In this document: piece after piece, positions 28,493 through 36,870 of the stretch
Position numbering within the stretch: position 1 is the first letter of the stretch
Layout of the letters: each line of letters opens with the position of its first letter
Source of the DNA: Flavobacteriia bacterium
GTDB taxonomy: Bacteria > Bacteroidota > Bacteroidia > Flavobacteriales > Flavobacteriaceae
Direction of reading: 5' to 3'
DNA length: 41,449 nt
NCBI GenBank assembly: GCA_030626085.1
Contig: DAOUPQ010000001.1
Location: 1-41,449, forward strand
Translations under genes and position numbers: made by a program
Notes under the pieces: generated by a model
The model's database searches: none
Seen by the model: only the letters and a program-made list of their open reading frames with translations
What the model was told of the DNA's origin: nothing

Positions 28493-29390
28493 ATGGAACC
28501 AAAAAATAGATTTGATTATTATCTTAATATTCTGGAAAGGAACTAGTAGTTCTGTCGGATAAGTCAGAAGAAACTCCCTTGAATACTCTTTGTGCTTTGT
28601 GGGAAAGAGTTGCTGTAAATTTTACACCAACTGATATTGCTAAGGAAGATAGGCTGCCTATATTATCACAAGATCAATTTGTTATTTTGGATGATTTAGT
28701 TGAAAAAAGGTTAAATGGTATTCCACTGGCTCATTTAACTGAAAGACAGTTTTTTTTGGGAATGGAATTTGCCATAAAAAAAGGGCTTTATATTCCTCGT
28801 AAAGAAACAGAACTATTAGCTCAAACTGCAATATCCTGTATTACATCATCATTTCAAAAAAAACAATTGGTTAATGTAATAGATGTTTGTACGGGTATAG
28901 GTACTGTTGCTTTAGCAATTGCCAATTATTGTAATAATACTATTGTATACGGTTCTGATATTTTTGAGCCGGCAATAGATATGGCAATAATAAACTCTAA
29001 TCATTTTAATTTAGAAGAACGGTCTACTTTTTTATAGGTGATATGTTTAATCCTTTTGAAAATTTAGGCTTAAAAAATGAGATACAATTGGTGGTTAGTG
29101 CTCCTCCATATATTTCCAGTAAAAAAGTAAAACAAATGCCTTCTGAAATATCAGGTCATGAACCTCAAAAGGCATTTGATGCAGGACCATTTGGCCTTGA
29201 TATATTTTTTAAACTTATTGCCAATGTAGTTCAATATCTTCAAAGTGAAGGTTTCTTAATCTTTGAATGTGGTTTGGGGCAGGGAGAGTTTTTAATAAAA
29301 AGAATTCGTTCGAATGAAAACTATAAAAACATAAAAGGAGTGAAAGATATCAATGGGAATATTAGGGTTGTTGTAGCTCAAAAAGTATAA
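28493..29390 (+). pseudogene. Second PrmC/HemK-like methyltransferase, split by two single-base frameshifts
   Basis: MEPKNRFDYYLNILE / ELVVLSDKSEETPLNTLCALW...RLNGIPLAHLT...IPRKETELL...DVCTGIG / GDMFNPF...SAPPYIS...HEP.KAFDAG...ECGLGQ is colinear with 21121..22023. Breaks are near 28535 and at the T6 run 29028-29033. Confidence 0.82.
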
Positions 29391-29541
29391 ATGCAAAATT
29401 TGAATATAGAATGTGAATTAACTAATTTACACCACTTTATATTGTCCACCCATATGTACGAAGATAAGGTAAAAGGTACTGGAAATGGGAATTGAAATAC
29501 AATAGAGAAATTAATACAAACAGGGTTAGTTAAAAAAATAT

Positions 29542-30090
29542 ATGGATAAAAGGATAAAAGCAGATTTATATAGATATAACAAGCTAAATGGATTTTCAGG
29601 TTTTTTAAAAGGTATGAGAATTCAAGGGTTTAAATATGTTTTTTTTTTACGAATTGCAAATAGAAACAATAAATACTCACCAAAAGGTTTTATATCACGA
29701 CTTATTTTGCATTGGTTAGGATATAGATATGGTTTTCGAATTAATCCAAAGGCTAAAATTGGAAAAGGTTTATATCTTGGTCATTTTGGTACCGTTTTGA
29801 TAGGGAATTCTGTAATTGGAGCAAATTGTAATATTGGACATAATGTTACTATAGGGCAGATTCCTACTGATAGGATAATTAAGTTGCCTATATTAGGAGA
29901 TAAAGTATGGGTAGGAATAGGTTGTGTAATTGTAGGTAATATAAAGATTGGTTCAAATGTCTTTATTTCACCAAATACGTTTGTAAATTTTGATGTACCA
30001 AGTAATTCCACTGTAATTGGCAATCCTGCAAGAATAGTGCGCATGAAAAAGAATCCAGTTGAAGGATATATTAATAATGTCATTGAATAA
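29542..30090 (+). CDS. Serine-acetyltransferase-like LbH acetyltransferase (WcaB-like)
   Basis: AKIGKGLYLGHFG, IGANCNIGHNVTIG, PILGDKVWVG, VPSNSTVIGNPARIV. It lacks the CysE N-terminal domain. Confidence 0.85.
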   Translation: MDKRIKADLYRYNKLNGFSGFLKGMRIQGFKYVFFLRIANRNNKYSPKGFISRLILHWLGYRYGFRINPKAKIGKGLYLGHFGTVLIGNSVIGANCNIGHNVTIGQIPTDRIIKLPILGDKVWVGIGCVIVGNIKIGSNVFISPNTFVNFDVPSNSTVIGNPARIVRMKKNPVEGYINNVIE

Positions 30091-30250
30091 GATTTTAAAA
30101 TTAGAAAATATAGGAGAATACACAACTTTTGTACTACTTTAACGTTTTGTTCCTGTTTCATGTGCAAAGGTATATAGATCAAAATGATGTTTTATGTAAT
30201 ATGAAAAGTATCCATGGCTATGACTAGTTCATAAAAAAAACAGAATTAAG

Positions 30251-30355
30251 AATGAGATTTTAAAACATTGTAAGGAAAGATTGGAATTATTTAAGGTTCA
30301 ACGAAAATTTGAATTTGAAGAAATGAAGAAACTAGAATCTACATTAAAGTTATAG
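30251..30355 (+). pseudogene. Possible relic of an AMP-ligase C-terminal domain
   Basis: EILKHCKERLELFKVQRKFEF matches EVRKFCNAHLESFMVPEKIVF of the 19539 ligase at 9 of 21 positions (hand count). Confidence 0.45.
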
Positions 30356-30385
30356 TTTATTATTAAGAATTGTATAAATTTTATT

Positions 30386-31546
30386 ATGATAAAAGGTGAT
30401 TATAGTCAAATAAAACGACCTGGTGTGATTGTTATTGGAGGACATGTTCAGGGTCTTGGAATTACAAGAATATTTGGGAAAAATAATATACCAGTTGTTC
30501 TTTTAGATAACACCAAAATTAATTTAACACGGCATTCAAAGTTTTGTAAAGAATTCATTAAGTATGAAAAAGATAAATTATTAGAGAAACTACATTCTTT
30601 AGCAAAAAATAGAAATTATAAAAATTGGTTATTAATGCCAACAAATGATAGGGATGTTGAGATATTAAGTAAGAATAAAAAAAAATTATCTAAATTTTTT
30701 AAAGTAAGTACCGAATCTTTTAATGTGCTAATTAATTTTTACAATAAGAGATATACTTATAAATTAGCTTCAAAATTAAATATTCAAATTCCGAACACCT
30801 GGATGGTTAATTGTTGGGATGAATTGGATAATTTAAAATTAGTATATCCATGTATAATAAAACCTGCTATAATGCATAGTTTTTATGCTCAAACAAAAAA
30901 AAAGGTTTTTATTTGTAATAATAAAATTGAATTAAGATTGAATTATAATAAAGCTTTAACTTTAATTCCAAAAGAAGAAGTTATTATACAGGATGTTATT
31001 CCTGGAAATAATGATCATCAATATTCAGTATGTTTTATGTTTGATGGAGACAAACCATTAGTTACTCTTTCAGCTAGAAGGGCCAGACAACATCCCCTGA
31101 ATTTTGGAAATGCTACAACCTATGCTGAAACAGTTGAAGTGCCAGAAATAGTTGAATATGCAAAAAAGATATTAAAAGAAGTAAATTATACAGGAGTTTG
31201 TGAAGTGGAATTTAAACTTGATATTAGAGATAATAATTATAAATTATTAGAGATTAATCCCCGTACATGGAAATGGCATTCAATTGCTGAAAAAAGTAAT
31301 TCACCAATTTTGATGAGTTTATATCATCGTGTGTATAATTTAAAACCGATAATTAGAAATAAGCAAAAAAGTGCAGCTTTTAGGCATTTAATCACAGATA
31401 TTCCAACTATACTAAAAATGAAATATCAAGGTCAAAGTATTTATAAAAAAAGGAAGAATATTAAATATGCAGTTTGGGATAAAAATGATTTAAAACCTGC
31501 ATTTTATGAATTAATCTATTTGGTTAGTTTTATTCTTAAACGATAA
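30386..31546 (+). CDS. ATP-grasp carboxylate-amine ligase (D-aspartate-ligase-like)
   Basis: GLGITRIFG, LMPTND, NKRYTYKLA..LNIQIPNT, YPCIIKP, IIQDVIPG, RQHP..FGNAT, EVEFKLDIRD..YKLLEINPRTW. Confidence 0.85.
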   Translation: MIKGDYSQIKRPGVIVIGGHVQGLGITRIFGKNNIPVVLLDNTKINLTRHSKFCKEFIKYEKDKLLEKLHSLAKNRNYKNWLLMPTNDRDVEILSKNKKKLSKFFKVSTESFNVLINFYNKRYTYKLASKLNIQIPNTWMVNCWDELDNLKLVYPCIIKPAIMHSFYAQTKKKVFICNNKIELRLNYNKALTLIPKEEVIIQDVIPGNNDHQYSVCFMFDGDKPLVTLSARRARQHPLNFGNATTYAETVEVPEIVEYAKKILKEVNYTGVCEVEFKLDIRDNNYKLLEINPRTWKWHSIAEKSNSPILMSLYHRVYNLKPIIRNKQKSAAFRHLITDIPTILKMKYQGQSIYKKRKNIKYAVWDKNDLKPAFYELIYLVSFILKR

Positions 31547-31565
31547 CAATTTCATTAGGATTTAT

Positions 31566-32603
31566 ATGAAAATTTGGATTGATATAGTGCATCCAGCTCA
31601 ATTAAACTTTTATAGTAATGCAGTAAAAAAACTAGCAGAAAGTAATAGAATAATTGTTACTATTATTAATAGGGGTAAATTGGTTAGTATAGCTAAGAAA
31701 GAACTTGGATCAATCGTGAATTGTGAAATAGTTCCGATAGGTCGTCATTCGGGTACAAAGTATTCTGTAATTATTGAAGCTAATTTATTAAGATTAACAC
31801 AATTAATGATATTTTACCGAAAGTATAAACCAAAAATTGCTATAGGTAATAGTTTTTTACATGGTATAATTGGAAAGGTGTTTAATATTCCAACTATAAT
31901 GTTTGGTGATGATATTGGAAGAAAATTTGTTATTTTTTTAATGGTAAAATTCTCGACAGAAATGTATTATGTTTCTGGCAGTCTTAATAAGAGAAATTAT
32001 AAAGGAATATCTGTTTATAATGCTTTGAAAGAATGGGCATATTTATCTCCTAAATATTTTAAACCAGATATTAGTGTTCTTGTAAAATATAATCTTAAAG
32101 AGAATGACTATATTTTTGTTAGAGAAGTTATAACAGGAACTTTAAATTATCATTCTCAGGATAATAACTCAATTGCAAATATTACTAATAGATTTCCTAA
32201 AGGCTACAAAGTATTATTCTCATTGGAAGATAAATCTACTATAGATTATTATCCAAAAAATTGGATATTACTAGAAGAACCAATAAAAGATATTCATTCG
32301 TTAATATTTTATAGTAAATTGTTAATTTCCTCAGGGGATAGCATGGCTAGAGAAGGAGCAATGTTAGGAGTCCCAAGTATTTACTGTGGAGTTAGAGATA
32401 TGAATGCAAACAATGTAATGATCAAAAAAAGAAGATTATTTCAAATAGAGATTGATGAAGTCCCGAATTTTATGGATCACATATTGAATGAATCTTTATA
32501 TGATGATAAAAATGAATTCAGAATCAATTTGGAAAAGGAATGGATTGATGTGACAGAATTTATAATTGAAAAAATTAATAATTACAAAAATAGTAAAATA
32601 TGA
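31566..32603 (+). CDS. DUF354-like GT-B fold protein (putative glycosyltransferase)
   Basis: MKIWIDIVHPAQLNFY, KEWAYLSPKYFKPD, SGDSMAREGAMLGVPSIY. Confidence 0.78.
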   Translation: MKIWIDIVHPAQLNFYSNAVKKLAESNRIIVTIINRGKLVSIAKKELGSIVNCEIVPIGRHSGTKYSVIIEANLLRLTQLMIFYRKYKPKIAIGNSFLHGIIGKVFNIPTIMFGDDIGRKFVIFLMVKFSTEMYYVSGSLNKRNYKGISVYNALKEWAYLSPKYFKPDISVLVKYNLKENDYIFVREVITGTLNYHSQDNNSIANITNRFPKGYKVLFSLEDKSTIDYYPKNWILLEEPIKDIHSLIFYSKLLISSGDSMAREGAMLGVPSIYCGVRDMNANNVMIKKRRLFQIEIDEVPNFMDHILNESLYDDKNEFRINLEKEWIDVTEFIIEKINNYKNSKI

Positions 32604-33901
32604 ATATATCAATTTTTGGTTTGGGTTATGTTGGTTGTGTAAGCTTAGGTTGCTTAGCACAGAATGGGCATAAAACCTTAGGAGTGGATGTGAATTCTCA
32701 TAAAGTAGATCTTATCAATATTGGAAAACCCACCATAATTGAGAAAGATATTGATAGAATTATTAAAGAACAATTTGAGAATAAGACGATTAGTGCAACA
32801 ACAGATTATAAAAAAGCAGTTAAAGAAACTGACATTTCAATTATTTGTGTTGGAACACCTTCAACAAAAGAAGGACATTTAAATCTTGAGTATATTTTTA
32901 AAGTTGCTAAAGAAATTGGAGAAGTTTTAAGTGAAAAAAATAAATTTCATACTATAGTGATACGTAGTACTGTTTTGCCAGGAACCAATCAAAAAATTGG
33001 AAAATTAATTGAGAAAATATCAGGTAAAAGAAGAAATACTGATTTTGGTATTGTGTCGAATCCTGAGTTTTTAAGAGAAGGAAGCGCTGTGGAAGATTAT
33101 TATAATCCTGCAATTACAGTATTGGGTAGCGATAATGTAAGATGTTTAGATATCATGTCAGAGGTTTATGAAAAGATTAATGCACCAATAGAAAGAGTTA
33201 GTATTAAAGAAGCAGAGATTATTAAATATGTTAATAATTCATTTCATGCTCTGAAAATTGTTTTTGCAAATGAAATTGGGAACATCTGTAAAGAATTAGA
33301 AATTGATTCGCGTAATGTGATGGAATTATTTTGCAAAGATGACCAATTAAATATATCGCCATATTATTTTAAACCAGGTTTTGCTTATGGAGGATCATGT
33401 TTGCCTAAAGATTTAAAAGGGCTAAAAACATTGTCTCATGACAATTATATTAATTCTCCTATTATTGAAACTATTGAGAACTCGAATAATAATCAGAAAC
33501 AATTAGCAATAAGTTTAATTGAATCAAAAAATAGAAGAAAAATTGGAATTTTAGGTTTGAGTTTTAAAGCAGGAACAGACGATTTAAGATATAGCCCAAT
33601 AGTTGAAGTAGCAGAATATTTTTTAGGTAAAGGATGTTCACTAAAAATATTTGATAAAAATGTATCATTATCAAAATTATCTGGAACTAATAAAGATTAT
33701 ATAGATAAACATATTCCACATTTATCAGAATTGTTATCAGAAAGTATTGAAGAAGTAATTATGAATTCTGAACTATTAATTATAACTCACAAACTAGATG
33801 GTATTGAATCGTTAATAGATGAGTTTAAGGAAAAGGAATTTATCGATCTGGTAGGTGTATATAATAGAGATCAATTTAATTATGAAGGTATTTGTTGGTG
33901 A
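32600..33901 (+). CDS. Nucleotide-sugar 6-dehydrogenase, GDP-mannose dehydrogenase (AlgD)-like
   Basis: ISIFGLGYVG, ICVGTPS, RSTVLPGT, NPEFLREGSA, KYVNNSFHALK, PGFAYGGSCLPKD (catalytic Cys), GLSFKAGTDDLR.SP. Confidence 0.9.
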   Translation: MNISIFGLGYVGCVSLGCLAQNGHKTLGVDVNSHKVDLINIGKPTIIEKDIDRIIKEQFENKTISATTDYKKAVKETDISIICVGTPSTKEGHLNLEYIFKVAKEIGEVLSEKNKFHTIVIRSTVLPGTNQKIGKLIEKISGKRRNTDFGIVSNPEFLREGSAVEDYYNPAITVLGSDNVRCLDIMSEVYEKINAPIERVSIKEAEIIKYVNNSFHALKIVFANEIGNICKELEIDSRNVMELFCKDDQLNISPYYFKPGFAYGGSCLPKDLKGLKTLSHDNYINSPIIETIENSNNNQKQLAISLIESKNRRKIGILGLSFKAGTDDLRYSPIVEVAEYFLGKGCSLKIFDKNVSLSKLSGTNKDYIDKHIPHLSELLSESIEEVIMNSELLIITHKLDGIESLIDEFKEKEFIDLVGVYNRDQFNYEGICW

Positions 33902-33904
33902 ATT

Positions 33905-34669
33905 ATGGATTTTACTTTTAAAAAATATAAAGAATTACTAGAGACTTTAAAAAATAGGAACTATACTTTTCAGACATTTGAAGATTTTATTAAAGATCCT
34001 GCAAAAAAAGTTGTTGTTTTAAGACATGATGTAGATAGGAGGTCTATACATTCAATTGACTTAGCAATGGTGGAGAAATCTGTAAATGCTAGGGCAACAT
34101 ATTATTTTAGAATTGTTGCAGAAAGTAATCGAAAGGATATTATAACTGAGATTGTATCGATGGGTAATGAGATAGGATATCATTATGAGGATTTGGGTTA
34201 TTCTAAAGGAAATTATAAAAGTGCTTATAATAGCTTTATTAAAAATTTAAAATATTTCAGAAGTTTTTATCCTGTTAAAACAATTTCTATGCATGGAAGC
34301 CCTAAAAATAGAATTGACAACAGAGATTTATGGAACAAATATGATTATAAGAAAAGTGGAATAATTGCAGAGCCTTATTTTGATGTAAATTATGATGATG
34401 TTTTTTACATAACTGATGCCGGGAGGTCTTGGAATAATAGAACTGTTAGTGTGCGTGACAAAGTTAAGACTAAGTATGAAATAGAGATAAAAAGTATTAA
34501 TCAAATAATCGAATTGGTTCAACAAGATAAATTGCCTAAAAAATTAATTATTAATACACATCCTCATAATTGGTCTAATTTTGGATTACTATGGATTTAT
34601 ATTTTTGTTTGGCAAAATATTAAAAATGTAGTAAAATACATTCTAATAAAATATAGGAGAAATGAATAA
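33905..34669 (+). CDS. Polysaccharide-deacetylase-like hypothetical protein
   Basis: LRHDVD, ATYYFR, EIGYHYED, MHGSP, HPHNW. Confidence 0.65.
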   Translation: MDFTFKKYKELLETLKNRNYTFQTFEDFIKDPAKKVVVLRHDVDRRSIHSIDLAMVEKSVNARATYYFRIVAESNRKDIITEIVSMGNEIGYHYEDLGYSKGNYKSAYNSFIKNLKYFRSFYPVKTISMHGSPKNRIDNRDLWNKYDYKKSGIIAEPYFDVNYDDVFYITDAGRSWNNRTVSVRDKVKTKYEIEIKSINQIIELVQQDKLPKKLIINTHPHNWSNFGLLWIYIFVWQNIKNVVKYILIKYRRNE

Positions 34670-35579
34670 ATATTGTCTATTATCTAATGATGTTGAGACA
34701 ACTTCAATTTGGCATAATACACTTAAAGATGAAACAGGCTTAAAAGTCTTTAAAGAAGGTATGCCAATTCTTCTTGATTTATATGAAAAATATAATATTA
34801 AAACGACATTTTTTTTTACAGGATACATAGCCAAACTATATCCCGAGGTGGTTAAAATGATTATTCCTTACGGTCATGAGGTAGCAAGCCATGGTTTGTC
34901 ACATGAGAAGGAAGATGGTTTTGATATTATGCCTTTGCAAAAACAAATTATACATTTAGAAGAATCAAAAAAGATACTAGAAGATATTTCAGGAATGGAT
35001 ATTATTTCATTTAGAGCTCCTGCTTTACGTATAAATAATGATACTGCTATTGCTTTAAATGAGAGTGGTTACAAAATTGATAGTTCTATTGCTTCACAGC
35101 GATTTGATATGTTTATGTCTTTTGGAGGATTTAATAAGCTTAAATGGTTAACGGCACCAAGATTACCTTATAGAACAAGTGCCAGCTCTTTATATCATAA
35201 AGGGGAAGGGAATATCGTCGAGATTCCTTTAAGTTCTTCAATTATTCCTTATATAAGTTCAACAATGAGAATTTTTCCGAAAATTACATCATTTCAACAT
35301 AAATTACTGGCTATTGAATCTTCACTAACAGGTAAACCTATAGTTTTTTTAACACATCCTAATGAATTTATAGATGAAAGTAATGAAGAAAGGGAGTTTG
35401 TCAAAAGGTCTAAGAATGTAATTTCTTCATTTTTACAAGATTCTTTACGATCTAAATTAAAGGTTAAAAATTTAGGTGTTAAAGGAATTGAGCTATATGA
35501 AAAAGAAATTAATTATTATGAAAAGAAAAAATTCAAATTTCTAACTATAAGCGATTACTATAAAAAAATGGGTTTTTAG
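34662..35579 (+). CDS. Polysaccharide deacetylase (NodB/CE4-like)
   Basis: SNDVE, TTFFFTG, GHEVASHGLSH, SFRAP, DSS, HPNE. Confidence 0.85.
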   Translation: MNKYCLLSNDVETTSIWHNTLKDETGLKVFKEGMPILLDLYEKYNIKTTFFFTGYIAKLYPEVVKMIIPYGHEVASHGLSHEKEDGFDIMPLQKQIIHLEESKKILEDISGMDIISFRAPALRINNDTAIALNESGYKIDSSIASQRFDMFMSFGGFNKLKWLTAPRLPYRTSASSLYHKGEGNIVEIPLSSSIIPYISSTMRIFPKITSFQHKLLAIESSLTGKPIVFLTHPNEFIDESNEEREFVKRSKNVISSFLQDSLRSKLKVKNLGVKGIELYEKEINYYEKKKFKFLTISDYYKKMGF

Positions 35580-35669
35580 CACAAAAATATTTAGGAGAAT
35601 GCATATTGAAATAAGTATAAGCTATATTGTCAAATATCTCATCAATCTTTATCTACTTCTAGATATTAC

Positions 35670-36675
35670 ACTTCTAAAACAAATTCAGATTGTCAAAATA
35701 GACACAGGACATGGGAATTTTTCAGGATTATTATTACAAATTATCAAATCATTTAGGATAGCAAGTAGGGTTTAAACAAGTAAAATTCAAAATTAAGTCC
35801 AAAATATTCTTATTGGACTCAAGTACAATCAGTCTGTGGGTATTATTATTTGATTGGGCAAAGTATGAAACAAAAAAAGGAGCTATAAATTACATACATT
35901 ACTTGTTTTTGATGGCAATTTACTAGCATATGTTAATACTACAGATAGTAAAAACAGCAGATAATAAAGAGGCTTATGATATTCCATTAGTAAAAGGAAG
36001 TGTTATTGTTGCCGACCGATTTTACAATGATTTTTCACTACTAAATATTTGGGACAACAATGAAGTATATATTGCTGTTAGGCATAAAAAAACATTAAAT
36101 TTAAGACGACAAAAGAAAATAAATTACCTGAAAACAGACATTTACATTTATCAAAAGATGAGATTATTGAATTGACAGGAAAGAATTCAAAAGGTAAATA
36201 CCCTAAACGTTTAATACGAGTTGCAATATGGGATGAGAAGAATCAACAAGTAATAGAAGTTATCACTAATCATGAAACTTAGTGTGCCAATACAATAAGT
36301 GAATTGTATAAAATCAGTTGGGATATAAAGATGTTTTTTAGAGATATTAATCAGCTACTTCATATCAAATCTTTTATTGAAACCAGTCAAAATGTAGTGA
36401 TGATACAAATCTGGTTTGCTTTAATCACGATTTTGATCTTAAAGTACTTGAAGGCATTAGCCAAAAACAAATAGTATTTATCTAATATAGCAGCTTTTCT
36501 TAGACTTAACCTTTTTGTGAAAATTGATCTTTAAAAATAGTTAGATGGACTTTTTATATAAAAAAGAAAACCACCAGATCAATTAATACATGGGGTTCTT
36601 TTTTGAAAAACAGGAAATAAGCTTGTATCGTAGTAAAATCAAAGTGTTTTTTCTAAAAAAATATTTTTAGGACAG
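35670..36675 (+). mobile_element. Decayed IS4-family transposase pseudogene
   Basis: Fragments KIFLLDSSTISL..FDWAKY..KKGAIK, VIVADRFYNDF and ELYKISWDIKMFFRDINQLLHIKSF..TSQNVVMIQIW, with many stops and frameshifts. The probable right end TTAGGACAG ends at 36675; the left boundary is approximate. Confidence 0.85.
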
Positions 36676-36775
36676 GATTAAATTTTTTTGTATATTTACA
36701 CCGTTAGAAAAAGAATTAATAAATGTCAATTATATGCTCCCCTCATATGAATAATTGGTATGCTAAAGAAAATTT

Positions 36776-36809
36776 AGTTACTTGTAGAAGTAACTTGTTT
36801 GGTTTTTTT
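36776..36809 (+). terminator. Hairpin with T-rich tail upstream of the sugar transferase (terminator/attenuator-like)
   Basis: AGTTACTT-GTAG-AAGTAACT is a perfect 8-bp stem, followed by TGTTTGGTTTTTTT. Confidence 0.4.
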
Positions 36810-36870
36810 GGTATACTTTTTTTGTTTTTATAAGGGATAGTTTATTTAAAGACTTGTAAAAATTGTTGTT

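Noticed and set aside
29542-30090. Housekeeping cysE
   Set aside because: It is short, lacks the CysE N-terminal domain and sits in a capsule context.
35930-36175. Stand-alone 81-aa protein
   Set aside because: It is a fragment of the decayed IS4 transposase.
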